Positions 11,700-23,259 of a stretch of 39,606 nt of DNA are shown here, one piece after another. The stretch lies in assembly GCF_001194135.2 (NCBI RefSeq), contig NC_068990.1, positions 46,654,956 through 46,694,561 on the forward strand. The letters run 5' to 3'. The position numbers and the translations under genes were made by a program. The stretch's first letter is position 1. Each line of letters starts with the position of its first letter. The notes beneath the pieces are model-generated. The model had not been told where the DNA came from. It saw only the letters and a program-made list of their open reading frames with translations, and did no database searches. This stretch comes from Octopus bimaculoides (lineage: Eukaryota).

Positions 11700-12720
11700 T
11701 CTTAGGTATTATCATTAATGAAGGGCCTTCCTAAAGTCCTCTTATCCGGCTTTAGCCTAAAAGGCCTAAAGTTCTAGATTAGTGGTTGTGTCCGTTTTTA
11801 TCAGCTGTCTGTCATAGGGAGCTTTCGAAAGAAATTCGTCGAACCCTACTCTTTTTGTGTGAATATTTGTCTTCCCTTACCATATCCATCAACTCGCTGT
11901 TGCTCTTGCGAACGATTGTTAAGTTGATGAGGCGTTCGGGTTCTGTTGTCAGTTGTATGGGTTGTTCTTGTGAATGTTGTTTCTGTTTTGGTGCTTTTTG
12001 TAGATGTGGTTGTGGTTGAATGATTGTTTATTGCTTTTGTTGCTGGGATTTGGATGGGTGTGTCGGTGTTGTTAGTGTAGCTGATGAATTAGGTGAATTT
12101 TCCTCGTCCTGTCCTTTGACTTTCAGCTTAGGACGTCCTTTTTTGGAACTATTTTTTCGCTTTTCCCCAACACAGGTCATTCTTAGAGGATTCAGTTGCT
12201 CCTCGCCGCATGATAAGGCTTCTGAATCGCTCATGTTGGGAGTATATGGTGTATCTATGTCGCTCGCCTCTAGGGATGGTTGGGTGTTGCTTGTTTCCAC
12301 TGCAATAGTTGTGGTGGTGAGATTATGCTTTTGTTAATGTTGCTTTAATGGCTGTTTCTGCATTGGCCTTCTTGTGCTTTTGGCCTTCTTGTGGTGGTAG
12401 TGGTGGTCGCAGAGCCACCGTTTCTCGAGTTCCATTTTGTTGATTTTGTGGGTAGCCGACCTTCAAACAGGCGTTAGACCCACAAGTGTAGCACCTTGGC
12501 TTTCTGCCTTCCACCAAGACTTGGAGTTGTGATCCGTTGTGCATTTCGATAAGGTCGGGGACCTTGTCCAGGGATTCCGGTTTTACCTGTATCAAAATTT
12601 CCAACCCGATTCCGGACCAGTTCTTCCGTTTTTTTAAAAAAATTTCTAGAAGCAAATCTGGGCCTTCGGTCACAGTGCACGTAACTAATAACCAAGTGTC
12701 TAATTCTGGTGGCAGCACAA
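11700..12720 (-). pseudogene. Putative Tx1-type ORF1 pseudogene (gag-like, degenerate zinc knuckle)
   Basis: Reads VLVEGRKPRCYTCGSNACLKVGYP (a degenerate CCHC) followed by P/T/K-rich low-complexity sequence. It lies directly upstream of, and co-oriented with, the APE ORF. Confidence 0.65.
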
Positions 12721-12739
12721 TGCCTGAAACTTTGGTGGG

Positions 12740-12880
12740 AGGAGGCTAGTCGATTGCATCGACCCCGAAATAATGTGACGCTAAGTCAACCTCGACGGAA
12801 GTTAAACTCGAACGTAGAGACGAATCAAGTGCCGCTAAGAATTTTGTTCGACGTGATGACGATTCTGTCAGCTCGTAATA
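12740..12880 (-). mobile_element. Degenerate SINE family 2 fragment
   Basis: AGTCGATTGCATCGACCCC...AAGTCAACCTCGACGGAAGTTAAACTC..AACGTAG...CCGCTAAG is collinear with 9478-9692. Confidence 0.65.
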
Positions 12881-12929
12881 ATGATGAAAATGTAATAAAG
12901 AATACTAGTGACAATAATAAGAATATGGA

Positions 12930-13140
12930 GTGGAATACGCTAACTGCCAATCTGCGTAAGCTTGGATTTTTAGAAAATGAAATAAACCAACTGATTGCAC
13001 ATTACATATACGATTTGTAAGCGGAACAGTAAAACTATGCAGGATTTTTCTCAGGTTTAAAATGTGATATTGGTCTTCTTATCTATATTCCAATGATAGA
13101 GTTTTGAATCTTTATTAGAAATCAGCTCCTGCAGAGGAAA
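12930..13140 (+). mobile_element. Probable 3' end of another REL-type non-LTR element
   Basis: Reads TANLRKLGFLENEINQLI../[frameshift]/SGTVKLCRIFLRFKM* (stop at 13065-13067) after an AAT/GAT-rich tract. It resembles non-LTR ORF termini as I remember them; family not assigned. Confidence 0.4.
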
Positions 13141-13176
13141 AGTTTAAATGATTAGATACAGAAGAGACATGCATGC

Positions 13177-13260
<84 letters not shown>

Positions 13261-13280
13261 ATATATATATATATATATAT

Positions 13281-13638
13281 ATGGTTCCGGGTTCAGTCCC
13301 ACTGCGTGGCACCTTGGGCAAGTGTCTTCTACTATAGCCTCGGGCCGACCAAAGCCTTGTGAGAGGATTTGGTAGACGGAAACTGAAAGAAGCCCGTCGT
13401 ATATATGTATATATATGTGTGTGTATATGTTTGTGTGTCTGTGTTTGTCCCCCCAACATCGCTTGACAACCGATGCTGGTGTGTTTACGTCCCCGTAACT
13501 TAGCGGTTCGGCAAAAGACACCGATAGAATAAGTACTAGGCTTCCAAAGAATAAGTCCTGGGGTCGATTTGCTCGACTAAAGACGGTGCTCCAGCATGGC
13601 CACAGTCAAATGACTGAAACAAGTAAGAGTAAAAGAGT
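13281..13638 (+). mobile_element. Octopus-type tRNA/CORE-like SINE family 1 (5' end replaced by microsatellite)
   Basis: GGTTCCGGGTTCAGTCCCACTGCGTGGCACCTTGGGCAAGTGTCTTCTACTATAGCCTCGGGCCGACCAAAGCC, internal TA/TG tract, 3' part ...CAGCATGGCCACAGTCAAATGACTGAAACAAG and AAGAGT tail repeats. Confidence 0.92.
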
Positions 13639-13764
13639 ATATATATGCACATATACGCTTTTCGGTAAATTACTGCTAGAGTTATAAAATTATTATATTA
13701 AACATTATATATTTTTGTTAATGTACCTCTTCAGTGTTTAGTAGTGTTTTAATCTTTTACTTCC

Positions 13765-14068
13765 TTTTCATTCATTTGATTGTAGCCATGCTAGAGTAAC
13801 ACCTTGTAAGCTTAATCGAACAAGTCGACCAAAGTCGTTACTCTAAGTCTGGTATTATATTACCCTCTTTTGCTGAACTGCTAACGTACGAGGGCGCAAA
13901 GACAAACACAAATGCACACGCACATTCGCACGCATGCACGCGCGCGCGCACAGCAGACTTCTCACAGTTTCCATCTACGAAATTTGCTCATTAGGCATTG
14001 GTCGGCACCGCATTATAGCAGAAGACATTTAGCTAAAGTAGTGCGCAGTGGAACGAAGTTGAAACCAT
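13765..14068 (-). mobile_element. Diverged SINE family 1 copy, cut by a gap
   Basis: The reverse complement is collinear with 13281-13638 (CCACTGCG, AATGTCTTCTGCTATA, GCCGACCAATGCC, GGAAACTG). Confidence 0.7.
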
Positions 14069-14168
14069 NNNNNNNNNNNNNNNNNNNNNNNNNNNNNNNN
14101 NNNNNNNNNNNNNNNNNNNNNNNNNNNNNNNNNNNNNNNNNNNNNNNNNNNNNNNNNNNNNNNNNNNN
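14069..14168. other. Assembly gap (100 N)
   Basis: Run of N. Confidence 1.
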
Positions 14169-14204
<36 letters not shown>

Positions 14205-14510
14205 GTCTGTCTGTCAATTTTTCTATCTATTTGTTTATCTATATATGAGTATATGTGTACTACATATAGCTAATCTTATTCTATTTCTTGCTAAGAGTTT
14301 CGTATCCTGGGGATATTTTGGGATAATCATCGGAGAATAATGTAAATATCAGAAACGTTGATTTTTCTCACTTGAATCGTCTGCTGATATAAAGGAATGT
14401 TTACATTCTGCGTGTAGAATGATTACGCTCTTCCGGGTTGTTTAATATACATACATGCATAGATCGCACACACACACACACACATAAACACAAATAGGTG
14501 TGTGTGCATA

Positions 14511-14563
<53 letters not shown>

Positions 14564-14648
14564 TTATATATATATATAATATATATATGTCTAGTTGTGT
14601 GTAAATATATGCGCGTGTATATACATACATATATATACGTAGATGTAT

Positions 14649-14702
<54 letters not shown>

Positions 14703-14755
14703 GCATACATACACAATGTACACACACATACAGACACACATATATTAATATTTAA

Positions 14756-14900
14756 GGGTGCTACAAGTGGTGCCAGCACGCTAAACATAGCTCGAAAAAG
14801 ACTACAACCACAAATTTTCACTGATACACATTAATAGAAATAGGGATATGAATAGAAATTCTAAGTCCCCATACTAATAATGAAAATGCCACTTAGCTAT
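14756..14900 (+). mobile_element. Left end only of a TTAA-flanked MITE
   Basis: TTAA|GGGTGCTACAAGTGGTGCCAGCACGCTAAA... is collinear over about 140 bp with 15280-15420. Confidence 0.5.
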
Positions 14901-15084
14901 CCTCAGCGTGTCTTACTGACCCAAACAATGTGCGCGATGACCGTTTTTAATGCTACAGCAAATTTAAAAAGGTGATCGAAGTGAATAATAAATTATAAAA
15001 ATATATATAAGGATATTATTGTTTATAATAATATCAAGTGGTATAGCATGCGTAAATAACCATTCACGTAATACCAGGTAATAC

Positions 15085-15250
15085 CATATGCATTTATGCA
15101 TGGTAAGTAGCTTGCTTACCAACCACATGGTTCCGGGTTTAGCTCCACTGCGTGGCACCTTGAGCAAGTGTCTTCTACTATATCCTCGGGCTGACCAAAG
15201 CCTTGTGAGTTGATTTGGTTGACGGGAACTGAAAGAAGCCCATCGTATAA
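15085..15250 (+). mobile_element. SINE family 1, 5' half
   Basis: TGGTAAGTAGCTTGCTTACCAACCACATGGTTCCGGG...GAAAGAAGCCCATCGTATA. Confidence 0.88.
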
Positions 15251-15279
15251 ATGGTAAAAAAGTATTAATTAATAATTAA

Positions 15280-15563
15280 GAGTGCTACAAATAGCACCAG
15301 CACGCTAAAAAATAGTTGCCAGAAGACGACTACAGCAGCAAACTTTCGCTGATAGACATTAACTGACATCGGGAGAAGGTACAGAAATTCTTAGCCCACG
15401 TACCAATAACGAAAAGAGTCGTAAATTAAGAAACCACACATACCTGTGTCATCACGATTTCAAACTTTGTGAAAATGTCAGTTAGTTATCCTCACCTGTG
15501 AAAATTTGTGGCCGTTGTCCTCTGGCTGCTAATTTTAGCATACTGGTGCCACGTGTAGCACCT
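15280..15563. mobile_element. MITE with about 70-bp diverged TIRs and TTAA/TTGA flanks (Kolobok-like termini)
   Basis: Left end TTAA|GAGTGCTACAAATAGCACCAGCACGCTAAA; reverse complement of the right end TCAA|AGGTGCTACACGTGGCACCAGTATGCTAAA. The RR...YY termini with a TTAA target are Kolobok-like. Confidence 0.5.
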
Positions 15564-15651
15564 TTGATTAATACTTATTTACCTTATGGTATTACTTTGA
15601 TGGTTATCTACGCATGCTATACTACTTGATATTATTGTAAACAGTTATATT

Positions 15652-15719
<68 letters not shown>

Positions 15720-15744
15720 TGTGTGTATGTATGTATGTATGTAT

Positions 15745-15775
<31 letters not shown>

Positions 15776-15820
15776 TAGAGAGATTTATACACATATGTAC
15801 ATATATAGAGAGAAAGGTAC

Positions 15821-15920
15821 ATTCATGCACATTCATGTACATTCATGTACATTCATGCATCTTACCATGGTTCGTTCAGTGAACCATGGTAAGGTGCATG
15901 AATGAGCGAACCATGGTAAG
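15821..15920. repeat. 10-bp tandem repeat x4 running into a 24-bp inverted repeat
   Basis: (ATTCATGYAC)x4 at 15821-15860. The arms 15850-15873 and 15881-15904 pair at 23 Watson-Crick positions plus one G.T, with a 7-nt loop. Confidence 0.9.
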
Positions 15921-15943
15921 TAATTCATTATTATGCCATTTGT

Positions 15944-16166
15944 TAAGGCGGCGAGCTGACAGAAGCGTTAGCACGCCGTGCAAAATGCTTAGCGGCGTTT
16001 TCGTCCGTCTTCCCATTCTGAGTTCAAATTCCACCGATGTCTCCTTTAGCTTTTATCCTTCGGAGGTCTATGAAATAAGTACCAGTTGATTACTGGGGTT
16101 GATATAATCAACTTACTCCCTCCACTGAAATTGCCGGCCTTGTGCCAAAATTTGAAGCCAATATTA
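15944..16166 (+). mobile_element. SINE family 2, full length
   Basis: AAGGCGGCGAGCTGACAGAAGCGTTAGCACGCC...GAGTTCAAATTCC...ATAAGTACCAGTTG...GGCCTTGTGCC...ATATTAT. Confidence 0.88.
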
Positions 16167-16341
16167 TGCTAACGGTAACACATATCGGCTTTTGTGCATG
16201 TAAGTATATACACATTCACTGACACCCACACACCACACGCAGGTAAACATGTAAATATGTGCTTGTGTACGTACCCGCTTGTGTATGCTTGTATACACAC
16301 ATATATAAATATCTACGTATATACAAATACGTATGTAAAAA

Positions 16342-16732
16342 CATATGCATTTATGCATGGTAAGTAGCTTGCTTACCAACCACGTGGTTCCGGGTTCAGC
16401 CCCACTGCGTGGCACCTTGAGCAAGTGTCTTCTACTATAGCCTCAGGCTGACCAAAGCCTTGTGAGTTGATTTGGTAGACGGAAACTGAAAGAGGCCCAT
16501 CGTATATATGTATATGTAGATGTTTGTGAGCCTGTGTTTGTCCCCTCTCCATCGCTTGACAACCGATGTTGGTTTGTTTTCGTACCCGTAACATAGCGGT
16601 TCGGCAGAAGTAACCGATAGAATAAGTTCTAGGCTTACAAAGAATAAGTTCTGAGGTCGATTTCTTCGACTAAAGACGGTGCTCCAGCATAGCCGCAGTC
16701 AAATGACTGAAACAAATAAAAGAGAGTAAAAG
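16342..16732 (+). mobile_element. SINE family 1, near full length
   Basis: Collinear with 13281-13638 through the ...CAGTCAAATGACTGAAACAAATAAAAGAG tail. Confidence 0.92.
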
Positions 16733-16747
16733 TGTGTGTGTGTGTGT

Positions 16748-16851
<104 letters not shown>

Positions 16852-17762
16852 GCATGCATGCACTGGTATACACTCATATACGCATGTGTGTGTGTAGTAT
16901 ATGTATATATATAGTCAATTCGTCCTTCCATCTATCCATGTATGTATGTATGTATGTATTTACATTCATACTGATACGTTGCCAGCTAAGGAAAATTAGA
17001 CCGCCTGTTTTGGCCACAAAAAAAAAAGTTATCAGTATGTCGCTTGAAGAATGGCACATAGCGAAAAACACGCGTAGCAACGGGATGAATCATCAGCTAC
17101 CAACCAATATATATACTCTCATATGCACACACATGTTTACATAAATATGTATGTATACATAGGTATATGTGTGTCTGTGTGTGTAAAAAAAAAAAACTCT
17201 GTTTAACTCGATAATATACAGTCACTGAGTGACAAGGCTGAATTGGGAGAATAGCAATTACGATTGTCTACAAACTATACTGCTGGAATGTCTAACATAT
17301 CTCGTCGGCCTAGCTGATAGATTTACGCTTGCAACCTGCGAACCAATCGATTCTGCTTGATCTCCGAGAAACCTAACTTTACAAGACTGTCGTTCAAATA
17401 TTTCTTCTTAGAATCAAATGCCCCACAGACAAAGCAATAAATATTTAAGCTTTAATCTGGATTTAAAAGACCAATATTCTAATTTGTCGTCATTGTTATT
17501 CACTTTATTGTTTATTTTAGATTTGATGTTTAAATATGAAAATAGAGAAACTCTCTTTAAATGATGTGAATTTATGCATCTATGTGTGTATGACTTATGT
17601 AATTGTGTGGGTGTATATGTATATATAAATGCATGTATGTATGTATGTATGTATGTGTGTTACTTTATTTTTCGTTAAGTTTTTGAATTCTTCCTAGAAT
17701 GAAAGAAATAGATTCTAACAAAGAAACACTGGTACTTGGATAAGAACAATGATGTGTTACTG

Positions 17763-20112
17763 CAGTGTTTTCCAAACTGCGTGTCGCAACACATTAGTGT
17801 GTCGCCAGCAGGGCTTAGGTGTGTCGCAAACGTACGGGAAACCAATATATAAAATACCCAATACCAATTTGTTTCAGCTTTTCAGAATCTGTTCGTTAGC
17901 ATTGCGAACATGTACCTACCGGATATCGTTTCCCACTTAATGTTTGGAGGCGAGATTTTAAAAAAATGAAACCGAAAACAAAAAGGCACAAGTAATCTTC
18001 AATATATAACGCTCGTTTTCATTGTATTATATTCAGTGTAAAAGAATTAACATATTGCAAGCGCAATACTGTTGTTCGAAGTAAATTGAAAATCGATTAA
18101 AAATTTTCAAATCCGCACCTGTTTTAGTGAGCGAAACACACTGGAACTGCTTTGCCTAAAGTTATTGCTCAACTGTACTGGTATTACGCATTACCGAAGG
18201 TGAACTAATAATTACGAAGTCACTTTAAATTCATGCCACACTTGCTCCTTGTTCGTCAGTCTCGCGGACTTAGCCTTAGGAATCGGATGTTCTAATTAAC
18301 TGCAACGTGCCTTTTCTAATTTTATCGTGCTTACTGCTGGTGATATTAATTACATGTTTAGTTATCATAACCTTATAATAAATCAGCTTAGTTTTATTCA
18401 TAAATTGTAATTAAATTACCTATAAAATGGATAAGTTTTTAATTAAGAAAAGAAAAGTTGCGGAAGATGACATTTCCGATGAATAAAATTTAACAGCTAC
18501 GAAGGAAGCCACTCAAACAACTGTTGAATGACCTACATCAGTGTGAGAAGTGCCCAGGAAAAATGTTTAAGCCTCGTTTATACACAAAGATTATATAAAA
18601 CTGACTTCACATTTGTCTGATAACATTAAGCTGCAAGTGAAGGATATTTTTCAAGATAATATGATGTTTACATTGCAGTTAGGTGAATCAACAGATGTCA
18701 GTGGGTTAGCACAATTGATGGTTTTTATACGTTTCATTTATAATGACAGAATTATTGAGCAATTCTTGTGTTGAAAACTAGAGGTGGAAACAATTTTCAA
18801 GCTTTAAAGTCCTTCATGAAGGAAAATAATTTGTTATGGTTAAACTGTATAGGAATATGCACAGATGGCGCATCCTCAATGGTAGGTTCAGTAAAAGGTT
18901 TTACAACTTTAGCAAAAAAAGAGAATACAAATATTATAATTACTCGTTGTTTTTTTTTTGCATTGCAAAGCACTAATTGCGCAAACTGTTGGAGATGATT
19001 TACGAAGAGTTAAAGAGTTAGTAGCTCATATTTGTGAAGAAATAGGAGCAAATTTCAAAAAACTTCTACTGCACACACAGGTTCGTTGGCTTTCAAAAGG
19101 TTGTATGCTTTGTCGTGTATACAAATTGAGAGAAATGATGCTTAAACTTTTTGAAGAAATTTAACAGAATAAATTCAACGATCTGATTTAGGACGAACTT
19201 TGGTGGACCAAATTGGTATATCTTTCGGACATATTTGAACGTTTGAATGAAATTAACATAGGTGTGCAGAGAAAGGCAGAAAATATCTTAACATCGGCTG
19301 ATAAAATTTGTACTATGAGAGACAAGATAACAGTTTGGAAACACAAAGTAAAAGAAGGAAATTTGGCAATGTTTTCCAAAAATTGTGAGTGCGAGCTAAA
19401 ATGTGAGATCAGATCGTTAATTGTTGACCATTTATCATTTCTTAGAGAAGAACTTGATTATTATTTTCCAAATATTGAAATCCAAAACTACAATTGGATC
19501 AAAAATCCATTTCTTGCAACTGTAATGATTGATTTTTCACTTACCAAAGAAGAAGAACTAGCCGAAATCAAGAATGATCAGTGTCTGTTATTGATTTATG
19601 AAGAGGAGAACTTACAGAACTTTTGGATTTGTGTTTCAAAGAAGCATCCAAACCTAGCTAAAAAGTTTTACAAATTCTCTTGCATTTTCTACTACATACA
19701 TTTGCGAAGCATCTTTTTCAACAATGCTAAACTTAAAGACATCGAAATGTGGAAACTTGAAAATGCTTGACAGTGAAATGCGAGTGTCGTTATCTATTAT
19801 TCTACCTAATATCAAAAATCTCTGTTCTTCCCATCAAGCTTATGTATCTCATTGAAATAGTAAGTTATAAAAGTTTTTTTTTTATTAATCGTTGCACATA
19901 TTTACAGATTATTATCGATAAATGATAACTCACATTTCTCTTTTCTCGACATGCTCCACTATTAAAATTAATTTATACATCAGCATCTTATAACCATGGT
20001 AGATCATATTAAAATAATTAACGTTAGGTTTGCATAAAACTTAATTGGTATGTCGCTAAATTATGTATGTTTAAAAAGTGTAGCACTAACAGTAAGAGTT
20101 TGGAAAACACTG
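17763..20112 (+). mobile_element. hAT transposon, Buster/Charlie group, both ends intact (2350 bp)
   Basis: Perfect 16-bp TIRs: CAGTGTTTTCCAAACT (17763-17778) and AGTTTGGAAAACACTG (20097-20112). 8-bp TSD TGTTACTG (17755-17762) / TGTTACTT (20113-20120) with the nnnTAnnn Buster signature. Three subterminal GTGTCGC repeats at the left end. Confidence 0.95.
18427..19855 (+). pseudogene. Buster-type (ZBED8/SCAND3-like) transposase pseudogene
   Basis: MDKFLIKKRK start; LQLGESTDVSGLAQLMVFIRF (first catalytic D changed to G); ICTDGASSMVG; LLLHTQVRWLSKG; YLSDIFERLNEIN; FSTTYICEASFS...RVSLS..PNIKNLCSSHQAYVSH*. It has stops and frameshifts, and the BED finger region appears deleted. Confidence 0.92.
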
Positions 20113-20244
20113 TGTTACTTCAGAAAATTCTTGCAGATTACATTTTTTAAAATTCATGTTAGCTGATGAAATTCTTTGCTTGAAAATTTGTGCTTTTCAA
20201 GATTTATCATTTACACATTTACAAACATAACCATGTACATTAAT

Positions 20245-20463
20245 TATTAATTTCAAATTTTGGTACAAGGCCAGCAATTTCGGGGGAGGGATTAAAGTCA
20301 ATTACGTCGACCCCAGTACTCAACTGCTACTGATTTTATCGACTTCAAAACGATGAAAGGCGATGTCAACTTCGGCGGAATTTGAACTCAGAACGTAAAG
20401 CCAGACGAAAGGCAGTTAAGCATTTTACTTGGCGTGTCAAAGATTCTGCCTGCTCGCTGCCTT
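20245..20463 (-). mobile_element. SINE family 2, full length, diverged
   Basis: Collinear with 9478-9692. Confidence 0.85.
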
Positions 20464-21849
20464 TCATGTTCACTAATTGTTAATGGTGTACTTATGAACC
20501 CATAATCAAAGAAAAAAGGCTTTATATATATATATGGAGGTATGTGTGGGTGCCCGTGCGCGTGTGCTTGAACATAACATAACAGAACGGTTAAGAAATT
20601 TACTTCTTAATCACGCGGTCTAGAGATCACTCGTCGCGGCTTCCTTGGTTATGGGCTCGGCTCAACCGAAGTCTTGTGAGCAAAATTGGATAGTTGGAAA
20701 CTATGCAGAAGCTCGTCAATTAGATAGTGTCCCTTTTACTTAAAAATACAACCTTGTTTATGCACTGCATCATGTCGTGTATGTCTCTGAAGAGTTAATA
20801 GTGCACACGTTTGTAGAATGATCAGCTCCTTATTTAGCAATTCAATGAACAGATAATTCAGACGATCTAACAAATGAGTATTCATCGTCGAAACCGACTG
20901 ATGTCCATTTACTATGTGTGTATATAGATGTATATGCATGTATGTGTATATGACGTATGTAAGTATGTGTTTATGTATATACATGTATAATCTTCCCTGT
21001 TTTTAGTCATCACGTTTTTTAATATCGAAAGAGCCGGATATCAATATTCAGTGACATTTAGTTAGACATCACAAACTAGGTAGTCATACTTGTGTAGTTA
21101 TATATGTATGTAGGTGTGTGTTTATGTATGAGGTATGTATGTATGTATGTATGTATGTATGTATGTGTGCGCATGTATATGTTTGTATGTTCATATGTAT
21201 CTATGCATATGTGTATGTTCTCTTCTATTTTAAGTATTTGAAGTGTTCCTGGAAAGAAGGAACTGGTTTCTAACAAAGATGCAAAGCCCCATTGTTGGAA
21301 TGGAGATAAAAAAACACATTCACATTTTGAATTTGAGAGAAGTCTTGCATATTTTTACAGTTCCGCTTACAGTTTGTATTTGTAACATGCAAGTTAACCG
21401 TTGATTTTTTTTTCACATTATTACTTAGGCATTTATTCATAAAACGAAATGCACTAATTATTATTGGTACAAATGTGATACAAGTGTGCCAGTATGCATG
21501 CATGTATACATTTATGTACATGCATGCATATAGAGCCCCTGAGGGAAGAACAAACGTGCCCTAGGATGCGTGGTGGTTTCCTCTGAGAATTCAAGGCTGT
21601 TATATATGTGTGTACGTTTGTTTGTATGCATGCCGTTCATTGATAGTTTGAATTTGAATTTTTATCTTTTCTTCTATTTTGTAAGTTCACGGACCTTCAT
21701 GTTTCACAACCTCTGATATTGGTTGGCGGAAGAGAAGTTATCCTCAAGATGGGGAATTGTCTCGAATACTTATAGCATACAATCACACATACATACAAAC
21801 ATACATACATGCATTCATACATACTTACACACACACACACACCCACCCA

Positions 21850-21888
<39 letters not shown>

Positions 21889-22028
21889 ACACACACACAA
21901 CATTTATATAACTTCAACATATATATGACTACCTAGTTTATGATATCTAAATGTCAATGAAAGTCGATGAACGACTCTTCCGATATTGTAAAAATATGAT
22001 GACTAAAGACATGGAAGATTATACATAC

Positions 22029-22143
22029 AGGCGCAAGCGTGGCTGTGTGGTAAGGAGCTTATTTCCCAACCACACGGTTCTAGGCTCAGTGTCTTCTTCG
22101 ATAGCACCAGGTCGAGTAGAAGACAAACTAAAAGAAGCTCGTC

Positions 22144-22178
<35 letters not shown>

Positions 22179-22442
22179 TGTGCGTGTGCGTGAGTGCGTG
22201 TGTGTGTGTGCGTGTGTGTGTGTATATACATATCTATACGTGTCTGTCTCTGTGTTCGTTTGTTCTCCACCACTGCTTGACAACTGGTGTTGATTTGTTT
22301 CACGTCCCACAACTTAGCGGTTCGGTAATATGGTACGATAGCATAAGTACCTGGCTTTAAAAAGAAAAAAAAAGTAAATACTGGGGTGGATTTGTTCGAC
22401 TAAACCATTCATGACTGAAACAAACAAAAGGATAAAAGAATA
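22029..22442 (+). mobile_element. SINE family 1, diverged, with intact tRNA-like head and internal deletions
   Basis: GGCGCAAGCGTGGCTGTGTGGTAAG head, (TG)n middle, ACTTAGCGGTTCGG...TGACTGAAACAAA 3' part. Confidence 0.8.
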
Positions 22443-22467
22443 GGATACATACATACATGAAAAGAAC

Positions 22468-22842
22468 CCGGTATTCCGTCGGTTACGGTGACGAAGGTTC
22501 CAGTTGATTCGATCCACGGAATAGTCTGTTCATAAAATTAACGCGCATGTGGTTGAACACTCTAGACAAACGTACCCTCAACAACGTACCCTCAACAACG
22601 TACCCTCAACAACGTACTCTCAACAAACGTACGTAGTTCTCAGTGAGATTCAACGTCACACAGGATGTGATAAGGCTGGCCCTTTGAAATACAGGTACTA
22701 CTTCTTTTTGCTAGCTGAGTGGACTGGAGCAACGTGAAATTAAGTGTCTTACACAGAAGGACACACTACGTCACCGGGTATCGAACTCACAACCTTACGA
22801 TCGTGAGCTGAATACCCTAATAACTAAACCACGTGCCTTCAC
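22468..22842 (-). mobile_element. SINE family 3a (tRNA head, CORE-like body, distinct tail) with internal 14-bp tandem repeat
   Basis: Minus strand GTGAAGGCACGTGGTTTAGT...GAGTTCGATACC...CACGTTGCTCCAGTCCACTCAGCTAGCAAAAA. (AACGTACCCTCAAC)x4 at 22569-22624. Confidence 0.8.
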
Positions 22843-22858
22843 AGGATAAATACATACA

Positions 22859-22892
<34 letters not shown>

Positions 22893-23259
22893 CATACATA
22901 CATACATGCATACATATGTATCCCTAAAGATACCTAAAAGCAAGTGGAGGTGTTAAGCCGGATGACGGTTTTCAATCTACCGTACAAAGAACCAATATGA
23001 ATACCACAATGCATCCCGTCCGATACCAATAACCGTTTATAAACGCCCGAAAGGATGAGAGTCAAAGGTTCACATGGTTAAAAGTGCGATGGAATGGAAT
23101 TCCTTTCAGCCGGGAATCCTGTACTTTCTGTCCCTTAAAACACAATGGAAACCCTATAGACTCCGATCTTTGTGGAAGAAATTGACTGGAGAGGGATGGG
23201 CTTCATTAGGTTTTAAAATGGTCAAGACATGTAATATAGCACGATGGCACCCCTGTGAC

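Noticed and set aside
15895-15906. TGCATGAATGAG resembling the 3' half of miR-67/307
   Set aside because: The seed region does not match, and the 12-mer is explained by the local repeat unit.
22569-22624. 14-bp direct repeat x4 as a CRISPR-like array
   Set aside because: The repeats are contiguous with no spacers and lie inside a SINE, in a eukaryotic context.
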